A DNA stretch of 64,000 nt from an uncultured Chloroflexia bacterium. Lineage in GTDB: Bacteria; Chloroflexota; Anaerolineae; CG2-30-64-16. Shown piece after piece: positions 9,640-19,733 of this stretch. Each line of letters starts with the position of its first letter. The stretch's first letter is position 1. Made by a program: the position numbers and the translations under genes. Under the pieces are notes generated by a model, which was not told the origin of the DNA, searched no databases, and saw nothing but the letters and a program-made list of their open reading frames with translations. Location of the stretch: NCBI GenBank assembly GCA_963774265.1, contig CAVZDU010000006.1:333005-397004 (forward strand). The letters are read 5' to 3'.

Positions 9640-10722
9640 CTAAGTGTCATTCACCGCGTCAAAGCCCGTGGCGATGATGGTGATCCGAATGCTGTCCTCC
9701 ATGTTGGGATCAATAACTGCGCCGAACATGATATTGGCGTCTGGGTCCACGACGCGGCTGATGATCTCGGCCGCTTTGTTGACTTCATGGAGAGTCAGGC
9801 CCGGGCCGCCGGTGATGTTGAACAGGAGGCCATGGGCGCCTTCGATGCTCGCGTCCAGCAGCGCGCTATGTATGGCCTGCTCGGCTGCTGCCTCGGCACG
9901 GTTCTCGCCCTCGCCCTGGCCGATGGCCATCAGGCCCGAGCCTCCGTCGACCATCACGGCACGCACATCGGCGAAGTCCAGGTTGACCAGTCCTGGGATG
10001 ATGATCAATTCAGAGATACCTTGGATGCCCTGGCGCAGCATGTCGTCGGCCAGTGCGAAGGCCTGCTGGACGCTGGTCTTCTTGTCTATCACGTGAAGGA
10101 GTCGATCGTTGGGGATAACGATCAGGGTGTCCACACACTCTTTGAGGCGTTGGATGCCATCCTCAGCCACACGGCGTCGCCGCGTACCCTCGAAGGTGAA
10201 CGGTCTGGTGACTACGCCGACAGTCAATATGCCCCATGCCTTGGCCAGCTCGGCGATCACCGGCGCGGCGCCAGTGCCTGTGCCCCCACCCATGCCGGCA
10301 GTTACGAACACCAGGTCGGTGTCCTTGAGCAGCGCCTTGATGTTTTCGCTCGATTCCTGGGCCGCTTTCTCACCAATCTTCGGGTCGCCGCCCGAGCTGA
10401 GTCCCTTGGTAAGCTTGTCGCCGATGTGCAGTCGCTCGGGTGCATTGGACTGTAGCAGCGCCTGGGCATCGGTGTTGATGGCAATGAGCTTGACCCCCCG
10501 GATACCCTTCTCGATCATCCGATTGACGACGTTTGATCCTGCGCCGCCAACCCCGACCACGGCAATACTTGCGACCTCATCCGCATAATCATGGGTGATT
10601 CTGCGTTGTGAGCCTCGAAATGGACTGGTCGATTCATCCAGCGAGGCCGATGCCTTGATCGATCCCTGCACGCCGCGCTTTGCCGGGGGTCTCTCACTTT
10701 TTGGTCCACCAGACAGTCCCAT
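9640..10722 (-). CDS. ftsZ: FtsZ homolog, orphan, lacking the C-terminal linker and conserved peptide
   Basis: [27 protein letters not shown] tubulin signature, PFTFEG, NLDFAD T7 loop; ends at [11 protein letters not shown]; AGGAGG RBS before the ATG at 10722. Confidence 0.9.
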   Translation of the reverse strand: MGLSGGPKSERPPAKRGVQGSIKASASLDESTSPFRGSQRRITHDYADEVASIAVVGVGGAGSNVVNRMIEKGIRGVKLIAINTDAQALLQSNAPERLHIGDKLTKGLSSGGDPKIGEKAAQESSENIKALLKDTDLVFVTAGMGGGTGTGAAPVIAELAKAWGILTVGVVTRPFTFEGTRRRRVAEDGIQRLKECVDTLIVIPNDRLLHVIDKKTSVQQAFALADDMLRQGIQGISELIIIPGLVNLDFADVRAVMVDGGSGLMAIGQGEGENRAEAAAEQAIHSALLDASIEGAHGLLFNITGGPGLTLHEVNKAAEIISRVVDPDANIMFGAVIDPNMEDSIRITIIATGFDAVNDT

Positions 10723-10946
10723 TGCATATCCTCCTTCACGAGCGGACCGTGTGATACGTCGCCTCTGAATGATGCTGTGAACGCCCAACAAGGGTATTAT
10801 CGCGCAGAGAAGTGCAACTGTGAAGGGGTGCGCTAAATTCGATCGTTCCCGTCCGGCGGCCGATCCCCTGAAGGAGAGGCTGCACAGCGGGGGTGTGTCT
10901 CGGAATGTTGAGCAGAAGTGGTGTCAGCGGCAGTGCTGCCTCCTGA

Positions 10947-11498
10947 TCAATGGTTCAGCGCCTCCATCATATTCACCAGCCTGGTGGTCGTGTTCCAGTT
11001 GCGGATGGTCATGTTCTGATAGATTGGCATGGTGATGATCCGGCTCAGATGGCTTTGGGTTGCTCTACTGATGAGCCTGGATGAGTAAAGCACGCGGTTC
11101 CCGGCAAAGACCTGGTCAACCCCCTCTTTCATGGATACACTTTTCATAGCCTCGGACGAGGTAAGTGGCTCTTTTAGAAAAATGACATCGTAGCGGTAGG
11201 TAGACGGGTCGCTGCCGAAACCCTCTGGCGCTTGCGTGACGATAGCTCTCACTTCCTCATACGACCGCACCACCACTCTTGAATCATAGTTGAAGTTTTT
11301 CGTCAGAGCATCTTCAAGCGAGCTTGTCAACCTGGGCTGGTCTGGCCCGCTCGCTCGAAATATAACATTGCCGCTTTGTATGTAGGTGCGAACTTCCGTA
11401 AAGCCCAACGCTTCGAAAAAAGCCGCCAATTCAGGCATCTTGATCAGATTCTTACCGCCAACATTGATGCCGCGAAGCAGGGCCACATACAGGTTCAT
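10947..11498 (-). CDS. DUF1697 family protein
   Basis: YVALLRGINVGG, TYIQSGNV and TIRNWNT motifs. Confidence 0.88.
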   Translation of the reverse strand: MNLYVALLRGINVGGKNLIKMPELAAFFEALGFTEVRTYIQSGNVIFRASGPDQPRLTSSLEDALTKNFNYDSRVVVRSYEEVRAIVTQAPEGFGSDPSTYRYDVIFLKEPLTSSEAMKSVSMKEGVDQVFAGNRVLYSSRLISRATQSHLSRIITMPIYQNMTIRNWNTTTRLVNMMEALNH

Positions 11499-11709
11499 AC
11501 GCCCCTCTCCTTCAGAACCTCACAAACCATGATCCATTCTTTAATGCACCAGTCTACAAATAAGCTACAAGCAGTATACACCATTAGAGTCGTAAACGTA
11601 AGATTCATCCCCGCGACGAGACACGAATGAGGGTATCCTATTGCTCGAACTTGCCAGCGTACGCTGGCAAATGACAAAGAAGGAGAACCGTCAGAAGGAA
11701 GGTTGTTCC

Positions 11710-12051
11710 ATGTACAGCGTCATTCGAGCGGGGGAACTGCCGCCTAATGCTGGAGGCACGGTGAAATTCGAGGGCGAACCCCACGGGTCGGGGGTCTCGC
11801 TCTTCCTTGTCAACAACGAGCCCGGTTCAGGGCCTGATCTGCACAAGCACCCCTACTCCGAGACCTGGGTGGTCCGGGCCGGAAAGGCGCGGATCACCGC
11901 GGACGGTGCGGGCATCGAGGCCGGTCCCGGCGACATCGTGGTGGTGACCGCGGAGACTCCCCACAAGTTCAAGAACATCGGCGCCGGCCGGCTGGAGATC
12001 ATCTGCATCCACTCGGCGTCCCGGATCGTGCAGAAATGGGTCGACGAATGA
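11710..12051 (+). CDS. Cupin domain protein
   Basis: HKHPYSE and PHKF cupin metal motifs. Confidence 0.85.
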   Translation: MYSVIRAGELPPNAGGTVKFEGEPHGSGVSLFLVNNEPGSGPDLHKHPYSETWVVRAGKARITADGAGIEAGPGDIVVVTAETPHKFKNIGAGRLEIICIHSASRIVQKWVDE

Positions 12052-12090
12052 TATTCAGAGGAGAAACGGGGTGCGAACGTTTCAGGTGAA

Positions 12091-12130
12091 GGCTGGAGGT
12101 GGCCGCACCTCCAGCCGAGGCCACCTCCAG
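12091..12130. terminator. Hairpin between convergent genes, probable bidirectional terminator
   Basis: GGCTGGAGGTG-GCCG-CACCTCCAGCC, followed by a second copy of the 3' arm (GGCCACCTCCAG). Confidence 0.55.
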
Positions 12131-12147
12131 TTCTATGTGGTAGAAGT

Positions 12148-13108
12148 TCAGCTCTTCACCGCAACCGTCATCTCGTAATAGACCGTCGTAGGTGCGGCAT
12201 CAGGAATGCCGACACAGACCGTGTAATCCTGCGTCAACGGCAGAGGCATCATGGCAAAAGAACCCCCCACTTCCATCCGTTTCAAGGGGCTGCCATCCGC
12301 GCCAACCGCGGAGAAACTGGCGATGTCACCCTGCGACCCCACCGTCACCGTCATGACCTGACCTGCCAGCGCGCGCAAGACGTAGCACTGCCGCTCCACG
12401 CCCGTGACGTTGCCGGTCACGGTCGCCGAGGTGCCGCCGGCCGGGAATCGGATGCGGATGGGCGTCGAACCGCTGCTCACAGGCGGAATTGAAACCGACA
12501 GGTCGTAGGAGTGCGTTCCGGCAGGGGTCGCAACGCAGATCAGATAATCTCCTGTGGCAGGCAGCGTCGCGGTCCAGGTCCGGTCCTCATTCTCCAGGCG
12601 TTTGAGCGGCGTGTTGTCATGAAGCGACGTGATCAGGAAATTGGCTACCTGAGCCGCCGAAGTCACCGCAACGGTCATGTACTGACCGGCCTGCGCCCTC
12701 ACGACGTAACAAGACTGGTTGGGCCAAGTCACAGTTCCCCTGACCGTCGTGGCAACCCCTCCGCGGTGGGAAGCTGATACGAACGGGGTTGGTCTGCGTA
12801 CCGCCGGCCGGAGCCGGCACACGCAACCGCTGGCCAACGTAGATCCGGTTCGGATTCTGGATGCGATTGAGTTGCATCAACGTGTAGACCGTGGTGTTGT
12901 ACCGCCTCGCGATTGACGACAGGGTGTCGCCGGCCCGGACCGTGTAGATAATCGTGTCGCTCTGCTGGTTGGCCGTGACGACCGTGGGCATGGGCGCAGC
13001 TTCAACCCGCTGTGTAGAACCGCCCAGCGCGGGCAGGGCGGTAAGCGCGACGGCGAGCAACAGGCCGAAATAGAACACACGCTTGCTGAACAAAGATAAT
13101 CTCACCAT
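12148..13108 (-). CDS. Secreted LysM protein with two repeated beta-sandwich (PPC-like) domains; frameshift near 12765
   Basis: Signal peptide; [16 protein letters not shown]…[11 protein letters not shown] LysM; repeated 'RI.FP.G…TV.G.V…CYV.RA.AGQ.MTV.V' domain. Confidence 0.8.
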
Positions 13109-13334
13109 TCCCAGACTCCTGATCTGCCTTTCTTGGCGTTCGGTGCGGCAGTTGCCGGAGAGACCCATCGAGGTCGTTTACTCCAGCCACCTTGTATGAT
13201 GACGTCACAGCGGCTCGATTTGTTTCAGATAGAAATCCGTGTTCAGCAGGAACGACGCCCATGGGCACTGCGACGAGCATGGCCCGGTGCAGTGCCCATG
13301 CAAAGTCCTTCAGCTATGAGGGACTTGATGCGGA

Positions 13335-14110
13335 TTAGCCCGTCGGGGGCTGGACGATTTTGAACGTTGCGCCGCCTGGATCCATCAGGGCGGCAATTCG
13401 ACCAAATGGCGAATCATCGATGGTGCCCATCACCTTGCCACCGTGCTTGATGACGGTCGCCACTGTTTCGTCAGCGTTGGCTACCGCGAAGTAGGTGATC
13501 CACTGCGGGTGAAACTCGCCCCACGAAGGATCAATCTGCATGATGCCGCCGAGCATCTCTTCTCCATGCTTGAGCACGTAATACTCCATATCCTCCCGGC
13601 ATCGGATCGGCGGTGGCGCCAAGCAGTGCCGTGTAGAAATCACGCGCCTGTTTTGCATTCGATGCATACAGCTCGTACCAGGTCGTCGAACCCGGCTCAT
13701 CGGTAACCTGTGAGCCCACATGTTGTCCGGCCTGCCAGAAGCCGAACGCTGCGCCGGTGGGGTCTTCACATATCGCCATGCTGCCGAATTCGCCCACAAC
13801 CATGGCCGGAGTACAACACCTTGGCCCCCAGTTTCACGGCATGTGCCACATCGGCCTCTATGTTGTCGGTGGCGAAATACAGATTCCATGCAGCTGGCAT
13901 GGGCGGGGCGCCGGGCTGATTGCCCATCATGCCGACCGTCGTTCGCTGTCCCAAGCGAGCGGTTGTATAGCCGCCAAATTCGGGGCCGCCGATATCGTAC
14001 TCCCAACCGAACACGGCATGGTAGAACTTGCGCGCCGCGTCGATGTCTGGCGTCATCAGGTCGCTCCAGGTGGGCGTACCGGCTGGTTTTGCGTGTGAAT
14101 AGGTGGTCAT
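13335..14110 (-). CDS. VOC/glyoxalase family protein (Cfp30B-like double domain); frameshifts near 13810 and 13595
   Basis: GTPTWSDLMTPD…ARKFY…FGW, WNLYFA, DPTGAAFGFWQ, WITYFAV, DPGGATF recovered across three frames. Confidence 0.8.
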
Positions 14111-14263
14111 CACAACTCCTCGGTCCATTCATTCCCAGTCTGACAATCTGGCAGAGAAACAAATATTACACAAGTATAGGCCAGTTGCCTGTAGTGGCAA
14201 TTCCGTTGATTCATCGTGCAGCGCTCCCCTCGTGGTATAATCCTCCCGCTCAAGGAGACTCAC

Positions 14264-15721
14264 ATGTTTGACATACCGCCCCTTCCCCGCACCTCCCCCG
14301 AAGCACAGGGCATATCCTCGCCCGCGCTGCTCGACTTCATCGACACGCTGGACAAGACCATCACCGAGATGCACGGCCTCGTGCTCCTACGGCACAGCCT
14401 GGTCGTCGCCGAAGGCTGGTGGGCTCCCTATGGTTCCCAGATTCCGCACATGCTCTTCTCGCTCACCAAGAGCTTCACCTCCACCGCCATTGGCCTCGCG
14501 GTCGCCGAGGGACGCCTGACGGTCGATGACCGGGTCCTCTCGTTCTTCCCAGAGAAAACGCCTAAACGCGTCAGCGAAAATTTGGCGGCGATGCGCGTGC
14601 GCCATCTGTTGAGCATGTCCACCGGCCACAAAAAGGACTCCACCGAGCGCGCGACCTCTCAGAAGGAGGGCGATTGGGTCAAAGGCTTCCTCGCCGCGCC
14701 GGTCGAGCACGCCCCCGGTGCGCCCTTCGTCTACAACAGCGTCGCCAGCCACGTGCTTTCGGCAATCATCGAGAAGGTCACGGGGCAGTCCATCCTGGAC
14801 TACCTCACCCCGCGCCTGTTCGAACCGCTCGGCATCCAGCCCGCCTATTGGGATCGCGACCCGCGCGGCATCTGCACGGGCGGCTGGGGGCTGATGCTCC
14901 GCACCGAAGAGATCGCCCGCTTCGGCCAGATGTACCTGCAGAAGGGCGTCTGGAACGGCAAGCGCATCCTGCCCGAGGACTGGGTCAGCGAAGCCACCTC
15001 CAAACAGGTCGAGAACGGCGCCGACCCCAAGAGTGACTGGAACCAGGGTTACGGCTACCAGTTCTGGCGCTGCCAGCACAACAGCTACCGCGGCGACGGC
15101 GCCTTCGGGCAGTTCTGCCTCGTCCTCCCCGAGATGGACGCCGTGCTGGCGATCAACAGCGGCGTGCCCGACATGCAGGCGCCGCTGAACATCGTCTGGG
15201 ACAAGCTCCTCCCCGCCATGCACCCCGCCGCGCTGCCCGCCGATCCCGCAGCGGAGGCCGCCCTGCACGAACGCCTGTACGGGTTGGACCTCCCCGCCCC
15301 CGCCCCCAAACCGGTTTCGCCGCTGGCCGCCCAGGTGAGTAGCAAGACCTACGATATGGAAGCGAACGAATCTAAGGTCAAAACCGTTCGCTTCGACTTC
15401 ACCCCGCAGGGCGGAAAATTCACCCTGCGGGACCAGGGCAATGACCGCTCCACCGAATTCAACTATACCGGCTACCGCTTCGGCGAGTCGAGCCTTTTCG
15501 CCGAACCTCACCCCGGCGTCAACCCGGAGCGTCCCGTCGCGGCGCACGCCGCCTGGGTCAAACCGGACACCCTGCGTCTGACCCTGCGCCAGTGCACCAC
15601 CCCATTCGTCTTCACCTACGACTTCACCTTTGAGGGCAATACCATTTCCACGGAAGGCCGGGTCAACGTCTACTTTGGCCCCACGCAGTTCCCGGTGATC
15701 AAAGGCAAAGCCAGGGCATGA
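14264..15721 (+). CDS. Serine hydrolase, beta-lactamase class C/PBP-like family
   Basis: SLTK (SxxK), YNS, LLSMSTG, YGYQFW motifs; AAGGAG RBS. Confidence 0.88.
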   Translation: MFDIPPLPRTSPEAQGISSPALLDFIDTLDKTITEMHGLVLLRHSLVVAEGWWAPYGSQIPHMLFSLTKSFTSTAIGLAVAEGRLTVDDRVLSFFPEKTPKRVSENLAAMRVRHLLSMSTGHKKDSTERATSQKEGDWVKGFLAAPVEHAPGAPFVYNSVASHVLSAIIEKVTGQSILDYLTPRLFEPLGIQPAYWDRDPRGICTGGWGLMLRTEEIARFGQMYLQKGVWNGKRILPEDWVSEATSKQVENGADPKSDWNQGYGYQFWRCQHNSYRGDGAFGQFCLVLPEMDAVLAINSGVPDMQAPLNIVWDKLLPAMHPAALPADPAAEAALHERLYGLDLPAPAPKPVSPLAAQVSSKTYDMEANESKVKTVRFDFTPQGGKFTLRDQGNDRSTEFNYTGYRFGESSLFAEPHPGVNPERPVAAHAAWVKPDTLRLTLRQCTTPFVFTYDFTFEGNTISTEGRVNVYFGPTQFPVIKGKARA

Positions 15722-15936
15722 GCGAACAGCCGGCGGCGCCCGCCTCCCCTGCCCGGATCAGTCCGCTCGGTGCCGACCCGCACCTGCGGGTTCCAGTGGA
15801 GACGCTGGAGTGGATCTGAGAGAAGAGATGACCTTGAGAAGCGTCTGCTGCGGTACTGGCGCACACTGTAACTCGCACGGGCGCCGGGAATGATAGAGGC
15901 CAGGTTCATAATCTTCAGGACATACAAGGAGGTCCC

Positions 15937-16446
15937 ATGAACGCTACTCAGTTTGTTCACCAACAAGTTGCAGAGGCCCGCGGCCTGATCGATGCCGCCA
16001 CAGCTGGCCTCACGGATGAGCACTTCAACTGGTTGCCGCCGGGCACGATCAATCCCATCAAAAGCGCCTTGCTGCACGCTGTTGGGGGCGAAGACATCTT
16101 CGTCCAGTCAATCATACAGGGTCGGCCACCCTTGTGGGACAGCGGCGGGTGGGCCGGCAGGATCGGTCTTGCCCAGGTGCCCGGCGGTGGCCAGGGCTGG
16201 GAAGAAGCCAAGAAGACGGTGCTGGTGCTGGCTCTTGTGTTGGCGTATGCCGAAGCGGTGTGCATCGCCACTAATGAGTACCTGGCACGCCTGACAGACG
16301 ACGAGCTTGAAAGGCAGGTGAGTTTCTTCGGCAGAGAAAGCTCCGTCGCTGACGTGCTTGCCCGATTTGTCGCCCATACTGCCGGGCACGCGGGAGAGAT
16401 CGCGGCCGTCAAGGGGATGCAGGGGCTGCAGGGTCTACCTTTCTGA
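15937..16446 (+). CDS. DinB/YfiT family protein
   Basis: N…LLH…ED and HTAGHAGEI metal-binding histidines; AAGGAGG RBS. Confidence 0.8.
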   Translation: MNATQFVHQQVAEARGLIDAATAGLTDEHFNWLPPGTINPIKSALLHAVGGEDIFVQSIIQGRPPLWDSGGWAGRIGLAQVPGGGQGWEEAKKTVLVLALVLAYAEAVCIATNEYLARLTDDELERQVSFFGRESSVADVLARFVAHTAGHAGEIAAVKGMQGLQGLPF

Positions 16447-16506
16447 GATCGCCGGCTGGCAGCCTGACAAGATTAGGCTCCAATCTGCAAAATTCCAACT
16501 TTCGTT

Positions 16507-16902
16507 TTAGGTGTCGTGGCTCCTCTTGCAGATATGGCATGGCCGTCCCAACAGAACACCGTGCTTGCACCTGTCCATCCCTGCCGTGGATTTGCGGGAA
16601 TCGTGGCGTCGAGTGGGAGAAGTGAGAGGCTGGGCGCCATCACCAAAGTCGGCGATGTGGTCGTCCCGGCTCGGCGTCGATGGACTGGTCGAACTCGCGG
16701 CGCGCTCTGTCTTCTCCTTGGCGATGATCGCGGCCACTTGTTTCGTCGTCAGATCGCTACCCGGGCGTTTTCGGAGAAGCCGGACAATCGCCCCCTCCGG
16801 GACAGGTTCCGGGAAGTATGACTGAACTTCGCGAAAGAACCGCTCGGCTTCCTGTTCGTCCGTGCCCCGCAGATCGGCAATCACCTGCATAGTCGAAGCC
16901 AC
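16507..16902 (-). CDS. Hypothetical protein with a C-terminal CKHG…CHIC zinc-finger-like motif
   Basis: GTG start after GGAGGTGAG; 131-aa ORF. Confidence 0.55.
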   Translation of the reverse strand: MASTMQVIADLRGTDEQEAERFFREVQSYFPEPVPEGAIVRLLRKRPGSDLTTKQVAAIIAKEKTERAASSTSPSTPSRDDHIADFGDGAQPLTSPTRRHDSRKSTAGMDRCKHGVLLGRPCHICKRSHDT

Positions 16903-17084
16903 GTCTCACCTCCCGCGGCGCTTCGGCCGCGCCCTGAATGTTCCGTCGGGAGCATTATCACACAGAGACCAGCGAATGTGAAGGGATGTGCTGAATCCGG
17001 TCGTTCTCTCCCGGGGGCAGCTTTGCGGTGACGGCTTCCAGACGGGCGCGCATGGCGGACTGAGGTTGCACAGTCACGCGCTTT

Positions 17085-18525
17085 GTTAGTGTATCGCTTT
17101 CGGTTGGAAGTGTGTGTTGAACTTGCGCATGGCAGGTAGGATGAACTTGCGATCCACCTCCTGTGCGATCATGGCCAAGACGCCAGCATCGGAATGGTAG
17201 GCGTTGGCGCTCCGAATGCGGCGGCGCAGGCAGCGATTGAAGCGTTCGAGCCGGCTGGTTGTGCGGAGAAAGCTGCGGCGCCAGGTGGGATGGCGTTCTT
17301 GCAGGAGGAAGTAAGCCACGGTGGCGCGGAAGTTGCGCCGGAGCGTGGCCACAGCATCGGGTTGGGTGTTGCGATATTTCTGCAGCACCTTGAGGGCGCG
17401 GCGCAAGACGGTGGCACGCTGTTTGGCCTGAAAGATGGCGACGAAATCGCGGTAGATCGCCCGGCGCTGGCGGCGCCGTTCAGCTGCGGGCAAATCGTCG
17501 GCGATGCGAATGGCTTGCCAGATGTTGCGGAGCTTATGGAAGAGGCAGCGTTGCTCGATGGCGTCAAAGTGGATGGTGGTGAGTGCGGCGCATAGACCAC
17601 TGCCGCCATCATGAATGATCAATTCCAGGCCCAGTTCGCCGCGGAAGCCTTGGGCTTCCAGTTCACTGAGAAAGGCGAGCCAGCTTTCGGCATCCTCGCT
17701 GTCGGCCAGCCGCCAGGCCAAGATCTCCTGGCGGCCGGTTTCCGGCCAGACGCCTAACGCAATCAGGAGGCAGCGCTTCCGGCGGCCCTTGACGGCGCGC
17801 TTGCGGCCCTTGCGGTCGGTGCGCCACTGCCCGGTCGCACACAGTTGCGTGAACCAGATGGCATCGAACTGCACGATCGGCGGCGTGGGCCGCTCATCGG
17901 CGCCCGGGGTGAGCTGCTGGAGTTGGTGTAAGCGCTGGAGCAGGGTGCGTTGGCCCAACACGCCCATATAGCTATGCGCCAGTTCGCCCTGCATCTCGCG
18001 CAGGCTGATACTCAGGGCGCCCCAGCGTTGAATTTGAGCGTCGACATCGCTGCCAATGCGCTGGTAGGGCGCCAGCCAATCATCCAGATCGAGGGTGATG
18101 CTGCCGCCGCACTCACAGACGAAGCGGGGCCAGCGCAGCGGCACTTCGCCCCAGCGGGTCAGCAAATGGCGCGGCCGGCTGCCGTTGCGACTGAACTGCT
18201 GGCTCTGCACGGTGTGGCACTTGGGGCACGCACGGGTCTGTTCCAGACTGCTGGCCACGTGGCCCCGCCGCACGTAGGGCGCCCGGCCCAAGACGTATTC
18301 GGCCGCGGCGTACAAACGCTCGCCGATTCCGTGCCCGATTTGGTTGAGCAGGTGGTGATGAGCCTCTGCAATGGCCCCTTCGATCAAAGCATGGCCGTTG
18401 ACTTGCCGGCATTCCGGGAGTACGCTGCGCATCGGGGTGGTCTCCTGGCGTGGTATTGATGTTGTAACCTGACCTTACCAGGTTTCCACCCTCAGACGAA
18501 TTTCAACCGATCGGGATACACTACC
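17085..18525 (-). mobile_element. IS256-family insertion sequence, 1,441 bp
   Basis: Terminal IRs GTTAGTGTATCgcttTCGGTTgGAA and (reverse complement) GGTAGTGTATCccgaTCGGTTGAAA; 8-bp direct repeat CGCGCTTT at 17077-17084 and 18526-18533. Confidence 0.92.
17086..18432 (-). CDS. IS256/Mutator-type DDE transposase
   Basis: QFDAIW (D), IHDGG (D), QRCLFHKLRN (CxxH), TTSRLERFN (E); stop codon lies inside the IR. Confidence 0.9.
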   Translation of the reverse strand: MRSVLPECRQVNGHALIEGAIAEAHHHLLNQIGHGIGERLYAAAEYVLGRAPYVRRGHVASSLEQTRACPKCHTVQSQQFSRNGSRPRHLLTRWGEVPLRWPRFVCECGGSITLDLDDWLAPYQRIGSDVDAQIQRWGALSISLREMQGELAHSYMGVLGQRTLLQRLHQLQQLTPGADERPTPPIVQFDAIWFTQLCATGQWRTDRKGRKRAVKGRRKRCLLIALGVWPETGRQEILAWRLADSEDAESWLAFLSELEAQGFRGELGLELIIHDGGSGLCAALTTIHFDAIEQRCLFHKLRNIWQAIRIADDLPAAERRRQRRAIYRDFVAIFQAKQRATVLRRALKVLQKYRNTQPDAVATLRRNFRATVAYFLLQERHPTWRRSFLRTTSRLERFNRCLRRRIRSANAYHSDAGVLAMIAQEVDRKFILPAMRKFNTHFQPKAIH

Positions 18526-18540
18526 CGCGCTTTCTGCGCT

Positions 18541-18569
18541 TTGACAGCGCACCCCTCGTTTGCTATACT
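18541..18569 (+). promoter_or_regulatory. Sigma70-type promoter of the BMP-ABC operon
   Basis: TTGACA (18541-18546), 17-bp spacer, TATACT (18564-18569). Confidence 0.8.
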
Positions 18570-18688
18570 GTTCACGAGCACGATCTTCCGACTGCTTGAT
18601 GTCTGCTGCGTCTCCCTTCGCCACCACCAGGCTGAATCCACGGTGGAATTCACACTGCTACGAAGTCGGTTTTATCAGGAGGTCAAAA

Positions 18689-19723
18689 GTGTTCAAACGC
18701 AATTTCCAAAGTCTGCTCTTCATTGTAGTGCTGATCGTCAGCGTCGCTGGGTGCGCTGCGGTGCCCACAGCCGCGCCGGCCGCCCCAACCGCGGCCGCCC
18801 CGATCGCGGCCCCTGCGACCGCGGCCCCCGCAGCCGCGAAGCCTTTCCGCGTCGCGATGGTCCTGCACGGCGCCGTCAACGACAAGAGTTGGAACGAGGC
18901 CGGGTACAACGGCCTGACTCAAATCAAAGAGCAGTTGGGCGCCGAGATTGCTTTCCAGGAGAGGGTGCCGTTGGATAACGCCGAAGAGGCGATGCGCACC
19001 TTCGCTTCCCAGGGGTATGACCTGGTGATCGGCCACGGAGATGAGTTCTCTGAGGCGGGCAAGGTGGTAGCGCCCGAATTTCCCAACATCAAATTTGCCG
19101 TCGTGAACGGAGCCAACACCGGCGCCAACCTGGCCTCCATCTCGATGTTCGATGAACAGCTCACCTACCTGACCGGCATCGTGGCAGCCATGACGACCAA
19201 GTCCAACAAAATTGGCTTCATCGGCGGCCTGGAGATCCCACCGGTGGTCCGCAACGGCAACGGCTTTGAGTTGGGCGCTAAAGCCACCAAGCCTGATGTC
19301 ACCGTTGTCAAGACCATCATTGGCGACTTCAATGACGCTAACAAGGGCAAGGAAGCCGCCCTGGCCATGGCCGAGCAGGGCGTGGATGTCATCTACTACT
19401 ACGTGGATCAGGCCATGCTGGGTATCCAGGAGGCGGCCAAGGCCAAGAACGTGAAATTGATCGGCTGCATCTTCGACCAACATGCTCTGGCGCCCGATCT
19501 GATGTTGACCAGCGCCATCCAGGACACGCCCGGGGCCATCGTGCTGACTGCCAGGGCCGTCAAGGAAGGCACATTCAAAGGCGAGTTGTTGCTTTACGGC
19601 ATGGACAGCGGTGCGCTGATCATGGCCCCCTACTACGGCAATGTAACGCCGGAGGTAGAGGCGGCTGTGAAGAAGGCACAGGAAGAGATCATCTCCGGCA
19701 AGATCGTGGTGCCGCGCACCTGA
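18689..19723 (+). CDS. BMP family ABC substrate-binding lipoprotein (nucleoside/purine)
   Basis: AGGAGG then GTG; lipobox VAGC, Pro/Ala/Thr linker, DKSWNE, YDLVIGHG, KIGFIGG. Confidence 0.9.
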   Translation: MFKRNFQSLLFIVVLIVSVAGCAAVPTAAPAAPTAAAPIAAPATAAPAAAKPFRVAMVLHGAVNDKSWNEAGYNGLTQIKEQLGAEIAFQERVPLDNAEEAMRTFASQGYDLVIGHGDEFSEAGKVVAPEFPNIKFAVVNGANTGANLASISMFDEQLTYLTGIVAAMTTKSNKIGFIGGLEIPPVVRNGNGFELGAKATKPDVTVVKTIIGDFNDANKGKEAALAMAEQGVDVIYYYVDQAMLGIQEAAKAKNVKLIGCIFDQHALAPDLMLTSAIQDTPGAIVLTARAVKEGTFKGELLLYGMDSGALIMAPYYGNVTPEVEAAVKKAQEEIISGKIVVPRT

Positions 19724-19733
19724 TAGGGCTCGG

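Noticed and set aside
14387-15547. Long antisense/alternative-frame ORFs (also 9295-10455, 18683-19834, 57649-58800)
   Set aside because: Shadow ORFs of GC-rich genes with no recognisable motifs.
14264-15721. Serine hydrolase as a true beta-lactam resistance gene
   Set aside because: No signal peptide, and the family includes many cytoplasmic esterases and amidases.
18570-18688. Possible purine riboswitch in the ~115-nt leader of the BMP operon
   Set aside because: Some pairing (CCGACT/AGTCGG) but no purine-riboswitch core or terminator seen.
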